Positions 26,088-40,251 of a stretch of DNA of 64,000 nucleotides are shown here, piece after piece; the first letter of the stretch is position 1; every line of letters starts with the position of its first letter. Location of the stretch: the NCBI RefSeq assembly GCF_006345805.1, contig NC_043017.1:6200001-6264000 (forward strand). Reading direction: 5' to 3'. The stretch is from Octopus sinensis. Lineage: Eukaryota. The translations under genes were made by a program, and so were the position numbers. A model generated the notes under the pieces. It was not told the origin of the DNA, made no database searches, and was given only the letters and a program-made list of their open reading frames with translations.

Positions 26088-26440
26088 TATGCATACTCGT
26101 ACTTACACGCATATGCATACGTGCATGTACACACAGGAATATGCATACATGGTGTGTATGTGTGTGTGTGTGTGTTTGTCTCTGTGTGTTTGTGTGTGTG
26201 TACACAGATAGATATATCTGTATTTTATGCATACATACACACATATACGAGTATGATTATGTACATACATATATATGCATATATGCATATATATATATAT
26301 ATATATATTATAATATATATATATATATATATGCATATATATACACACACATATGCATATATATATACACACACACATATGCATATATATATATATATTG
26401 TACTTATGTATGCAAATATGTATGAATGCATGCATGCATG

Positions 26441-26473
<33 letters not shown>

Positions 26474-26594
26474 TGTACATATATATGTAAATTTATTTAG
26501 ATATATACACACACATATATATTGTATGTGTGTATGTAAACATAAATAAAAACATAGACATATATTATAATATATGTGGGCGTATCTGTGTAAG

Positions 26595-26634
<40 letters not shown>

Positions 26635-27072
26635 CATGTATGAATGTATGTATGTATATATGTATGCACACACACACACACACACACACGCATACTTACA
26701 TACATATAAGCACCCATGCATACATATTAGCAGGCACACAGTCTTAATAGCTGAGATCTTTAATATAAACAAGATTAAACGTTTATACATTTGTAAACAG
26801 TAATTTAAAAGAAAATTATGGTTATGAACCAAAGAGCATTTGTGCAACATGAAAGGATGAAGGAGGTGTGGTTGAAATGCTTTTAATGTCCCTGGAGAAA
26901 TGTATAGGAGAGTCAACATTGTCCAGATATGAACCTGGAACTTTTAGAGTTTGGTGGGGAGGTAAATTAAACAAAATGCTACCAGGTTGTCATTTAGTAG
27001 CTGTATCCTTTCTGTTACTGCTAATGTGGGAGCCACTATGCCACTATGTGGTTGTTCAGTTTGCTAGAAATA

Positions 27073-27550
27073 GTGACCCACCGCACTCTAAAAGTTCATA
27101 TCATTCTTATTTCTTTTTATTTCTTTATTGCCCACAAGGGGGCTAAACATAGAGGGGTCAAACAAGGGCAGGCGAAGGGATTAAGTCGATTACATCGACC
27201 CCAGTGTGTAACTGGTACTTAATTTATTGACCCCGAAAGGATGAAAGGCAAAGTCAGCCTCAGCGTGATTTGAACTCAGAACGTAACCACGGACGAAGTA
27301 CCTATTTCTTTACAACCCACAAGGACAGACAAACGGATTAAGTCGATTACATCGACCCCAGTACACAACTGGTACTTAATTTATCGACCCCGAATGGATG
27401 AAAGGCAAAGTCGACCTCAGCGGGATTTGAACTCAGAACGTAACCACAAACGAAATACCTATTTCTTTACAACCCACAAGGGGCTAAACACAGAGAGGAC
27501 AAACAAGGACAGACAAACGGATTAAGTCAATTATATTGACCCCAGGGCGT
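27073..27550 (-). mobile_element. SINE family B multimer (2.4 units) with a 3' extension
   Basis: Same junction at 27301|27302 and 27458|27459; the middle unit has a 27-bp deletion at CAAG microhomology. Confidence 0.85.
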
Positions 27551-28345
27551 AACAGTCAAAACTCTGTAGCTATTATCAGTTTTCTTTTAGGTGATTTAAA
27601 TAAAAGTTTTGACTGTTATTTCCAGCAGGTAGACATACATAGTATATCCTTTGATTAATTTTAGTCCTTCAGCAATTTAATGCTTTTTGAGCATGCAATC
27701 ACCAATATTATTGATTCTATTATTATCATTTTTAATTGTTACACTAGATAATAACAGAGTCAATAATATCTTCGTAAATATTATTCTCCTGAATTATTTG
27801 CTCCACATCTATATATTTTGGTCAGCCTGAGGCTATAGTAGAGGACACTTGTCCAATGTGCTATGCAGTGGGATTGAACCTGGAACCCTGTGGTTCGGTA
27901 GCATGCTTCTTACCACACAACCATGACTTCACCTATGTATATATTAGCAGTAACCCTTCTGTAATCTTTGACTAACCAGTCTTATATTCAAGTGCACTGT
28001 ATCTAAAACTGCCTTCTTCAATTTGCTCTCTCATCCGTCCATCCATCCATCCATCAACCAATCCACCCGAGCCACTTCTGTACATTCGGTTATGCATCCA
28101 TTTCTCTCCCTTCATCTTGTCACTCCATCACTCTATCCAGCCACCCTTCCTTCAGCCTTCCCAACGATCTACTCATCTACCCATCCCCCCAACCTCTTTC
28201 ATCTATCCACCAGTCCATCTCTCCACCCTTCCATTTCTTTCCCTATCTATCTGTCTATCCTACCACTCAGTAATCTGGCCATCTATCTATTCACTATTCT
28301 AATCATTCAGCAATCCATCTATACCTCCATCCATCCATCCATCTA

Positions 28346-28423
<78 letters not shown>

Positions 28424-29221
28424 AGCTTATCTATCAATCTATCCATACATACATACAAATACCTCTCTATCCATCCATCTGTCTATTCAGCCATCGATGA
28501 TCCATCCATTCACACATCCATCCATCAATCACCCCACCCCCACCCATGACTCTATCCCTCTATCCATCCATCCAGCCGCCCGACCGTCCTACAAGCCATA
28601 TCATCACCATCCATCACATCATTCTCGCATTCCCACCCCCAACCCACCCACCCACCCACCGTCTATCATGCGAAAGGCAAATTTCTCTGCATTGTTCTGT
28701 ATGTTTGACTCTATTCTGTAGTAAATTAATGGATTTTATGTCTGTGGAAATGGTGGAAATAAATGGGTTAATGGCAAGATTATAATGTCAATATCTTGTC
28801 AATGGTAAAGTTTAATACATTTCGAATAATCTCCGTTAACTCATAGAATATCATCATTATTCGTTCTCTGTTAAAACTGCATTATTGTCAGGAAGCAAGC
28901 AAAGCTAAGCCGGTTTAAATAGCACAGTATGATATGGCAGGCAATGAGCATCATGATTGAATAACGTTTTACTTTGGGAGCTAATGAACGAGTCTCTGTA
29001 TGTGGTGAGATGGCTGGCTAGAAATAGCAGGAGACAAGAAGATGAAGAAGAAATTTAGGCTGGTTACTGCTGGAAAGTTGACCATGAATAAAATGACTTC
29101 TGTGCATGATTTTTCTCAGACTGCTAGAAATAGCAGCAAAATCACTCTTATTTGTCTTACAATGCAGAAGATATTTGTAAGGTAATGAAGTCTTGTTTGC
29201 ATTATACAAGCATCGTTGTCA

Positions 29222-30520
29222 AGCAGCAAGCTGGCAGAATCGTTAGTACACCAGGTGAAACGCTTAGCGGTATTTTACCTGTTGCTATGTTCAGAATTCA
29301 AATTCTTCCAAGGTCATCTTTGCCTTTCATCCTTTCGGAGGTTGATAAAATAAGTACCAGTTACTCACTGGGGTTGATATAATCAACTTAATCCATCTGT
29401 CTGTCCTTGTTTGTCTCTGTGTTTGGCCCCTTGTGGGTAGTAAAGAAATAGGTATTTTACCTATTGCTATGTTCAGAGTTCAAATTCTTCCAAGGTCATC
29501 TTTGCCTTTCATCCTTTTGGGGGTCGTTAAAATAAGTACCAGTTAAAGACTGGGATCAATGTAATTGACTTATCCCTTCCCCTAAAATATCTGTCCTTGT
29601 GGCAAAATTTGAAACCATCATTATCAAGTGACAAGCTGGCAGAATCGTTAGCACACCATGTGAAATGCTTAGCAGTATTTCATCTATCTCTATGTTCAGA
29701 GTTCAAATTCCACAAAAGTCTACTCTGCTTTTCATCCTTTCAGGGTCGATAAATTAAGACCCAGTGGAACATTGGGGTCGATGTAATCAATTAGTCCCCT
29801 CTGCGAAAATTTCAGGCCTTGTGCCTTTAGTAGAAAGGGTTATTATATCATCATTATCATAAGACAGCGAGGTAACAGAATCCTTAGTGTGCCGGATAGA
29901 ATGGTTTGCAACATTTCATCAATCTTTATGTTGTGAGTTCAAATTCTGTCAAGTCTGATTTTGGCTTCCCTTCTTTAGGGGGTCAATAAAACAAGAACCA
30001 GTTAAGCACTGAGGTCAATGTAATCATCTTGCCCGCCTCCTCATAAATTGCTGGCCTTGTGCCAAAATTCGTAATCAGTGCCATTGATATTATTCAAAGA
30101 GGTGAGCTGGCAGAATCGTTAACATGTTGGACAAAATGCTTAATGGTGTTTCGTCCGGCTTTACGTTCTGAGTTCCAAATCTGCCAAGGTCGACTTTGCC
30201 TTTCATCCTATTGGGGGTTGATAAAAAAGTAAGTCCATGGAAGGAGGACTTTAAATGATGATGATGATGACGATGCCAGTTGATCACTGGAGTTGATCTA
30301 ATCATCCTATCTCTTTCCCAAGATTTCTGGCCTTGTGCCAAAATATAAAACCAATATTGCTAATATTCTTCTGGCGGAATCGTTAGCACATCAGGAAAAA
30401 TGCTTAGCGGTATTTCATCTGCCTTTTATGTTTTGAGTTCAAATTCTACCACGGTCGACTTTGCCTTTTAATCTTTCCAGAGACCATGAATTAAATACCA
30501 GTTGAGTACTGTGGGGTCTA
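29222..30520 (+). mobile_element. Cluster of ~6 head-to-tail SINE-B-related units
   Basis: Repeated gctggcagaatcgttagc..gagttcaaatt..ctttgcctttcatcctt; multimer junction AAATAG|GTATTT at 29451|29452. Confidence 0.8.
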
Positions 30521-30530
30521 TGTACTGGGG

Positions 30531-30579
<49 letters not shown>

Positions 30580-32478
30580 CACGTGCGCGTATGTGTGTGT
30601 GTCTGTTTATAGTCATATATATATGTATATATATATGCACACACATACACACACAAATTTACATATATATATATTTTTATATATTCACTTACACAATAGG
30701 TTCTTTCAATTTCCATCTTCCCATTGACCAGGAGCTCTAGAAGAAGTCAATTGGGACTGAACCCGAGATGACATGGTTGCGAAGCAAGATCTATAAGTAC
30801 ACAGCCACATTTGTGCCTATGATAACAGAAGGAAAAGAAAAAAGACAGGGTGATCACAGCTATAGGGCTGTCCATGAATAAGGAGATCTCTGCAGGGTGT
30901 AGAACCCCGCTTGTTCATGGTCACCTCTCCAATTATGGCCATCCTGTCATTTTCTTTTTTTTTTGTTTCTCAATTTTTTTTTTTCACTTTATATTTTCTG
31001 TTCAACCTTTTCATAAATCTGAAGGAGATTATTGAAAGAGATTTAGCCACTATTTATTTATTGATCCAAAATCCAAATTTGCAAAGGCAATGCCCCAGCC
31101 TGGCCTCACTCCTTTTGACAGAGAGCTGTAAAAGAATAGCAAGTCTTGATCTTGTGACCATTTGATCAACAGGGCAGCTCCATTCTCCTAACGACTAGCG
31201 TGTCTCCTTTAATCTATTGGATGCAGTTTCTATCATAATTAAATCTATGTAATTAATTAAATGTATGTGATTAAGCCAAGGAATTAATTGGGGGAAAATG
31301 ACATTAAATGTCTCAACATCTGACATGAGTTATTGTACTCAAGATTTGAATTTTCCAGGGTATTAAACTTCATCTATATGTCCATCCGCCGTCTCTCCAT
31401 CTGTCTCTCTCTATATCGATTTGTCTGTTTATCTGCCTATCTATCTATCAATCAATCAATCAATCTCTCTCTCTCTATTCATCTGCCTGCCTGTCTGTCT
31501 GTCAATCTGTCTGTCTGTCATCACCATCTGCAACCACTATTACCCTCATCATCACTGTCGATGCCACCACCACCACCACCACCACTACCACCACCACACC
31601 ACCACCACCAACACCACCACCACCACCACCACCACCACACCACCACCACACCACCACCACACCACCACCATCACCACCACACCACTACCACTACCACAAC
31701 CACCACCACCACCACCACCACCACCACCACCACCACCACTACCACCACCACCACCATCACCACCACACCACCACCACCACCACCATCATCATCATCCTCC
31801 TCATGATCTTTATTATTATCATTGTCATGTGTCTCATTTACAATGCTAGAAATAAGTATTGAGTTCAAATCCAGTGTGAGGCCGAGTATATGTCCAAGAA
31901 CAACATAAGCGGGAGAGAATCAGAGATTTGGAACTGATGGGAATGTAATGAATATGCACACGGGGTCCTTAAACCCATTGGATCTTGTCAAAACTGTCTA
32001 ACCCACACCAACATGGAACACAGACATTCAATGACGACAACGACAATGATGATGATGATGATGATGATTACAAAACCCCCATTAACCCCCTTCAAAGAGA
32101 CCGAAGTTAAAATACATCACAAACAGGAATTTAGGCCAAATTTGAGAAATATAATTTAGGGTCTTTACTAACAGCTATCAACCTGTTCAAAGGAATAGAA
32201 GTTAAATGACCTTTAAAGCAAGAATTTAAGGCAAAGCAGCTGATATAAAATCGGCTTCTGTATAGCGACTGATCAATACTAACCTAACAAATAATTCAAT
32301 AATTTATAGACATATCAAACCCTACAAACACTCAAATATACCGACTGGAATTTTCCTTTCCTGGGTTTTAGATCTTTCTCTCCCTCTCTCTGTTTTTCTG
32401 TCTCTCTCTGTCTCTGTGTCTCTGCTTCTCTCTCTCTTTTCATAGTCAATCACTTACTCTGTAATTTCAGTCTGTGCT

Positions 32479-32520
<42 letters not shown>

Positions 32521-32622
32521 AGTTCTCTCCTTCAGTAATTCATTGTTTCTCTCTCCCTCTACTCTTTCTTGCTCCTCCCTCTATCCATCTTTTTCATCTT
32601 TCTGTCTTCCTCTTTTATTCCT

Positions 32623-32850
32623 GGCGAGCTGGCGGAAACGTTAGCATGCCGGGCAAAATGTGTAGCCGTATTTCGTCTGCCGTTACGTTCTGAGTTCAAA
32701 TTCCGCCAAGGTCGACTTTGCCTTTCATCCTTTCAGGGCCGATTAAATAAATACCACTTACGCACTGGAGTCAATGTAATCAACTTAATCCCTTTGTCTG
32801 TCCTTGTTTGTCCTCTCTGTGTTTAGCCTCTTGTGGGTAGTAAAGAAATA
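32623..32850 (+). mobile_element. SINE family B monomer
   Basis: ggcgagctggcggaaacgttagc...ttgtgggtagtaaagaaata. Confidence 0.85.
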
Positions 32851-32963
32851 TATATATTAACTCTTTCTCACTTTCTTCCTGTCTCTACTCCTCCCCCCCA
32901 ATATATATATTGTTTCTTTCTTTCTCCCTCACTTCCCTCCTATGTGTGTGTGTGTGTGTGTAT

Positions 32964-33160
32964 AAAAGGGGGTGCTAAAAGGAAGTACAGGCGAATTAGT
33001 TAATTATGATTTTATTCAACAGGTTCCCCTCTCAGATTCACTCTCTTATTGTAGTGGTCCTTAAGTTTTTCTAAGCCCTGTAAAAGAACTCAGAAGGCTG
33101 GGCCTCCAACCAGGCCTTTTGCGACACCCTTACACCCAGTAACATTTCAGCACCCCCTCA
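32964..33160 (-). mobile_element. Mariner-derived MITE (~200 bp)
   Basis: TIRs AGGGGGTGCTAAAA / TTTCAGCACCCCCT; interior encodes the transposase tail GLEKLKDHYNKRVNLRGEPVE*. Confidence 0.75.
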
Positions 33161-33173
33161 AAAATATGTGTAT

Positions 33174-33224
<51 letters not shown>

Positions 33225-33249
33225 TACATACATGCACACATTTTATATA

Positions 33250-33652
33250 GGCGCATGAGTGGGTGTGTGGTAAGTAGCTTGCTTACCAACCACATAGTTC
33301 CAGGTTCATTCCCACTGCATGGCACCTTGAGCAAGTGTCTTCTACTATAGCCTCGGGCTGACCAAAGCCTTGTGAGTGGATTTGGTAGACGGAAACTGAA
33401 AGAAGTCTGTCGTATATATATATATATGTATGTGTGATTATATGTTTGTGTGTCTGTATTTGTCCCCCACCAACATTGCTTGATAACCGATGCTGATGTG
33501 TTTACGTCCCCGTAACTTAGCAGTTCAGCAAAAGAGACCGATAGAATAAGTACTAGGTTCCCAAAGAATAAGACCTGGGGTTGATTTGCTCGATTAAAGG
33601 CGGTGCTCTAGCATGGCCACAGTCAAATGACTGAAACAAGTAAAAGAGAAAG
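33250..33652 (+). mobile_element. SINE family A copy
   Basis: Colinear with 41666-42054. Confidence 0.85.
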
Positions 33653-34510
33653 GATATATATATATATAATTAAATAAGGGTAGAAATTGATATTAATCAA
33701 TTAAAACCAGTGGCCTGGTTGTTAGCAAGTGAAACTAATTAGTACATATGTAATCGTTTATTTCGTATATTTCCATTTGTCTTGCTTATTTTTACGCTTT
33801 GGGTTTTTGCTGAATTTTTTTCTTGAGAACACATCCTCCGTGGAAAATGGTGATTTTGACGTCTATATCTAGCACACAGGCTGTCCACTTTCAGTGGTCA
33901 ATCCTCCAAATTTTGTATATATATACATACATACATACATACACTTCTTCACCCATCAACCTTTCTGACAAAATCTTCATTAATCTCTCATAGTCAATTA
34001 TTGATATTTGCAAAACTGATCATTTCAAAACAGAAATCTTTGTTGTTCCATTTTTTTTAATGTTGCTGCTGTTGTTGTTGTTTATTAATGTTCAATGGTG
34101 GCATTGTTTACTCTTTTATGTTGTAATTGTTCAGTACTCGTTTGATATTGTTGTGTTGTTTATTTGTTTAACATTATTTCTACTTCTTAACATTGTCGCT
34201 CTTTACTGTTTAAGGTTGTTGTTGTTGACCGTTTAACTTTAATGTTTATTGCTGTTTACTTGTTTAACGTTGATGTTGTCTTTCCTGTTTCATGTTTTCG
34301 GTGTCGTTTACTGTTTAATGTTGTCTCTACATAATTTTGTTGCTGGCCACTAATTAATGTTTTTGTTTATCGTTTTTATTATTTCTTTGGTTATTGTTAT
34401 CATTAAACATTGTATTTGTTCACTGTTTTATGTTCTTACTGTTTAATGTTGCTGTTAACTATACAATGTTGTTTATTGTTTAATGATGTTCTATCTTTCT
34501 GCAAAATATT

Positions 34511-34810
34511 GCTGTTTACTGTTTAATGTTGCAGTTTACTGTTTAATGTTGCTGTTTACTGTTTAATGTTGCTGTTTACTGTTTAATGTTGCTATTTACT
34601 GTTTAATGTTGCTGTTTACTGTTAAATGTTGCTGTTTACTGTTAAATGTTGTGTTTACTGTTTAATGTTGCTGTTTACTGTTTAATGTTGCTATTTACTG
34701 TTTAATGTTGCTGTTTACTGTTAAATGTTGCTGTTTACTGTTTAATATTGCTGTTTACTGTTTAATATTGATGTTTACTGTTGCAGTTTACAGTTTAATG
34801 TTGCTGTTTG
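34511..34810. repeat. 20-bp minisatellite GCTGTTTACTGTTTAATGTT, ~15 copies, within a degenerate ~1-kb array (34050-35140)
   Basis: Direct reading of the repeat units. Confidence 0.95.
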
Positions 34811-36044
34811 TTGTTTAATGTCGCCGTTTGCTGGTTAACGTTTTATGTAGTTAAATACTGTTGTAATTGTTTACTGTTTTATAGAGTTTCTTCGAAACAT
34901 TTCTGTTCACTATTTAATGCTGTTGGTTAACGATGTTGTTTACTGCTTTATATTGTTTCTGTATTATATTGTTGTTTACTATTTAGCATTACTGTTTATT
35001 GTTTAATAATGTTGTTTACTGTTCAGCCTTGTTGCTGTTGTTTACTGTTTAATGTTGCTGTTTATTATTTAATGTTGTTTCTGCTTTATGTTACAGTTGT
35101 TTAATGTTTATTTATTTATTTATTTATCTATTTATTTATGTTGTTGTTGTTGTATGTTGCGGCAAAGTTAATAATATTTCAACAGAATATTATTTCACTT
35201 AATGGTTTTCTCCCATTTTTTAGCAAAAATTTTGAAAGATTAAAAGCATTTTTTTTCATTTCAATATTCCCTCCCCATTTCTCATTCCTTCACTCCCCCC
35301 TCTGTCTCTCACTCTCTTTCTCTGTTTGTTTCCTTATTAAGTGGTTATGCCTCTTTCACTATAACACACCCTTTCTTTCTTTTCTTGCACTTTCCATAAT
35401 CTACTTTCACTTTCCATAATGTACTTTCTCTTTCATTCACTCTCTATTACTCTTCATCTCACACACACTTTTCTTTTCTCTTTTTATCACTTTCTCTTCC
35501 TCATTCATTCTTACTTTCTGTCTATACTCCATGTCTGCCTGTTAGTTTGTCTGACTGCGTATCTGTCTATCCTCCCACTCTCACTCTTTCTCTCTCCCTT
35601 TCTTCATATAAATTGTGGAGAGGATGGCAAATGTGAAAACACTCTTACTTGAGAGACACTTTAATCAAAGACAGAAAGCTATTCTTTATCAGGATCAGTA
35701 GAACCTGCTTGCACGAAGCTAGATGCTTACAATGCCTAAACCTCTGGCCAGAATCTAGCTTCCCTCTGCATCTGTTCCATGCGTCCATTGACCTTAGATG
35801 CCCAACATTGAAAGAGATCAATCAGATGCCCTCTTGTTGATGTGACATCACTTCGCTCTCACTTCCAGTCCAGATTTATCCCTTCACTCTCCCACATAAA
35901 TATATTTATATCAACATGGTATTAAAACTGGTGCATTCAATCAGAACTACCTAGGACCATATTTTTACATTCAACTTGCTAATGTCAACTTTACATTTTG
36001 TATCTTATGGGATTAATGAAATAACACACAAACAAAATCGTGGC

Positions 36045-36879
36045 ACTTATGCTGGTGGCACATGAAAAACATTCAAGCAAGGTCATTGCCAGTGCCGCTG
36101 GACTGGCTTCTGTGCAGGTGGCATGTAAAAAACACTACTTGAGCATGGCCATTGCCAGTACCACCTGACTGGCCCTCATTCTGGTGGCATGTAAAAGCAC
36201 CTTTGTCTTTCACAATTTCTTCATCTCATTTACCAAGTTCTGATATTTATCAGTTATTTTGGTATTCATTCAGCACTCACATGATACTACAAAATCTATG
36301 GTCTTATACAGTTTGTTGTTGTTTATTATTGAGTGTGACAGCAGTGCATGCTATCAAAGTGACACGGGTAAAATATACGAAGCTCAGTATACCCTTCATG
36401 ACTACCCGTCTGATAAGGTTACAGCAGGCACGTATATCACAACCATATGTGCACGACATGGTGATCTCATATTAAGATAAACAGCACATGGCCTTGCAGG
36501 TGGGGCTCAGAATTTTCTTCAGCTGGAGTAGCCCATCCTGCTCAAAAGGTCCCTGAATAAGGTTTGTTTTAAGGATGTTGAACAAAACACCCATGTTTCC
36601 AGAGGTGAATTATCCAAATCCCAAAGACTTCCTCTCGACACATGGCTCTGATGCTCCCCAACTACTTCTACTCGTGATCAGAGATGCCCTTATCGTCAGC
36701 CACTAAGGGATATTTCCAAATGGTTATGGTCAAACAACCGACAAGCAAATCTGTGGTATTGAGCAGAATATTTGCTGAAGCCCATCTCTTATACTAAGAC
36801 AAAACAATGTACATGATGACACTTCAAATCAGTTAAGATCAGAAGCCATGCAAGCTACTGCCTGGTACTGCATCAGGGC

Positions 36880-36918
<39 letters not shown>

Positions 36919-36920
36919 CA
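36045..36920 (+). mobile_element. Long retroposon 3' region ending in (ATT)n; partial minus-strand copy at 712-960
   Basis: 36327-36560 aligns to the reverse complement of 720-960 (catgc.atcaaagtgacac..ggtaaaatatac.aagc.cagtatacccttcatgactaccc.tctgataagg). Confidence 0.7.
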
Positions 36921-37516
36921 GGGTAATTAGTCACTGCCTGGTACTGCATCATCATTATTATTATTATAATTAACGCAGTGAGCTGGCAGAATCATTAGCA
37001 CACCAGGCGTTTCTTCTGTCATTACGTTCTGAGTTCAAATTCTGCTGAAGTCGACTTTGCCTTTCATCCTTTCGGGGTTGATAAAATAAGTACCAGTTAT
37101 GCACTGGGGCCAGTGTAATCGACTTAATTCCCTCCCACCAAGCTGCCCTTGTAGCAAAAATTTGAAATCATTATTATCATTATTATTATTATTATCATTA
37201 TTATTAGTGGTGGTGGTGGTGGTGGTGGTAGTGGTAGTAGTAGTAGTATGTTCTTGTTGTCCAGCATTGATGTTGTAACTGGCTTTAATTATGGTTCTTG
37301 AAGTTTGGGAAAAAGGAAAATCTTGAGCCTTGTATAGTAAAGGTTGTTTCTTTCTTTCTTTCTTTCTCCCCCCCTCCTGCTCTCCATATCTTCGTATTTT
37401 ATATTGAAAACTTTCCAAATAATTTTTTCTCAAACTGAGCAAACAAATTTTCTGCCTCACACAACAGATTAGGCAGTTGGAAAATATTCCTAACATTGGG
37501 CTTCAACATGTAATCG

Positions 37517-37760
<244 letters not shown>

Positions 37761-38967
37761 TTGCTACTACATAAAATTTCAGTCGATTTCTAATTGAATT
37801 TTTCCATGGGGAAGAATTACACCAGACATTTGGAAATTATATTTGTATCTGGAGACTTCCATCTACCCATTATGCTTTAAAAAATACTGCTGGCATATCT
37901 CTACTTCCATAAAATTGCATTTGTTTTAAAAGTGAGATGTGGTGAGGGGTTATTTTCTATCCATTAAAAAAACAAAAAAAAAAAAAAAAAGACTTTTTTT
38001 AATCTCCATTCAGCATCCAATTTATGGATTTTATCTACAGTGCCATCATGTTTATCCAAACATCATATCTTCAGGGACTGAAAGAGGTTATTCAAAATTT
38101 TAACGACAGTTTTATTTAATTTTAAACTTTTTTTGTTTTTATTTTTTATTTATTTATTTATTTATTTTTTTTTTTTTCAAAGAAATTGATGGTAAAATTT
38201 ATAGTAATATCACTTCAAAATAAATCTTCACTTCCATCTTCCAAAAAAAAAAAAAAGATAAAGAAAAATGTTACAACCAAAAAAAAAAAAAAAGACTCTC
38301 CTAAATTTATCAGATCTTCTTTATCTCCTGAGCTTTAGCCTGAATAATTGTACTTAGGTTCTCTTTTATTGCTGTCATTATCACTGGATGACTGCAAGTC
38401 ATATTTACTTGTTTGCCTTTCATAACCTTCTCTCTCTCTCTGTATATGTTTACTCTGTTCTCTGGGGAAATTTCAACAATTATTATCTCAATATTTCAAT
38501 TTCTCATTGGATTTAATTTCCCAAGCAAGATTATGCGTGTGTTTGAGTTGTGGTGACACTTTAAAAGCAAGGGCTTTTTTGGGTTGCCTGAATTATTAAT
38601 CTTTTGCTCTCCTCTTTCCGTTATTCTCTTTCTCTCCCTTCATTTCACTCCCCCTTTCTTTTTTCCCCCTTTTCATCTCTTCTTTTCTCACCTTCTCTCT
38701 TACTCTTTTACTTTGTTTGTACTCTTCACTCTCACTTCTTCTCTATCTATCTATCTATCTATCTATCAATCTATCTATCTATTTATCTATCTATCTAATT
38801 ATCTATCTATTTATCTAGCTATCTCAGTACATACACACACATGCACACATGTAACTCTTCTCTTCCCCTTTTTTCCTTTATGTAATTACAAGCCTAATAT
38901 CTGTTTTGCCTTTTCAACAAAACGTAATTTTGTAAAGCATTAGTTTATTGCAAATAAAAACAAAAAT

Positions 38968-39210
38968 CTATAGGAGGCTTACTGAAAATCCCATTTAAAA
39001 AAAGATATACATAACATATGTATACATTCAGGCACCCAGAAAGACAACTTGCAACCTCATTATCCAAACATACTTGAAGATTGAAGAATGATAATATAAA
39101 CAATTATAAAGTCAACTGGTCCATTATAGAACAAGCATCCTGTGCATTAAATGTATATTAATGGCTCCAGAAGGTGTGATCCTTGTCTCACAGAAAAATG
39201 TAATATCCCA
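38968..39210 (+). pseudogene. Penelope-like element GIY-YIG endonuclease C-terminal remnant
   Basis: Frameshifted translation YxGLTENPx(K)KRYT*HMYTFRHPERQLATSLSKHT*RLKNDNINNYKVNWSIIEQAS / YINGSRRCDPCLTEKCNI matches the PLE pattern YIGxTE..FK.R..NH..SF....T.LSK.IW.LK...I.W.I....Y....C.LCL.EK. Confidence 0.8.
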
Positions 39211-39700
39211 TTTTTCAAAATTTTCAATGAAAACTTCCTTTTGTGTTACAAACTCAAAATTACCTTTGGCAATTTTAAACAAGAGATCAGAATTGGTGAA
39301 TTCTTGATGAAATTTCAATTACTAACTGGCAAGCATGGTTTATTTCCAACAGAGTGGATTTAGTATTCTTTAAATGTTAGTCCCATATAAAAAGAAAAAA
39401 AAACATTCAGTCATTCATTAACACTAAAGCTTCACCAACAGCATTTGTGTCTGAAGAAGTTTAGATTTGGTCTTACTGTATGCCATCATAAAGAGGTGTC
39501 CTCTGATATAACCATGGATTAGCTAATATCTAATTTGGTTAATGGAGACTGTAAGAAGCTTGTCGTCTATATGTATATGTGTGTGTATGCTTGTGTGTCC
39601 TGGAAGATATGGACTACAAATTGTGATAAAACATTGTGAAAACCATCCCATCCATTCGTACCAGGATAAGGAAATGGCCATTAAAAAAGTGCTGGTGATG

Positions 39701-39817
<117 letters not shown>

Positions 39818-40251
39818 CACACACACACACACACTCACACACACACACAAACACACACACTCACACACACTCACAATACACACACACACACAGAGTCTCA
39901 CACACACATACAAGTACAAATGTATACCTGTATGTATATATATATATATGTATGTATATATTTATGTATTTATGTATTTATGTGTGTGTGTATACAAACA
40001 TGCCAGCCATGAATACTAATCAATTTAATGAAATTCCATATTGATAAAAATCTGTTGTTTTAATTAAAACGTTCTCCTGCAATATTGTTTAATTAAATTC
40101 TTAATAGTGGTTTATTATTAATTGTTGACAAATAATATGCTCCAAACTCTTGCTATATTATTTCTGTTACATAATACCGATAACACTCTGCGTTTCGTAT
40201 TTGCTGCAGAAAATACCCACTTCTCTTGTCAAGTTTATATTTCCTCTATAA

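Noticed and set aside
33725-33750. GAAACTAATTAGTA palindromic stem-III/GUA hammerhead half
   Set aside because: No CUGANGA core or stem II upstream; at best a deleted relic related to the 15.4k element.
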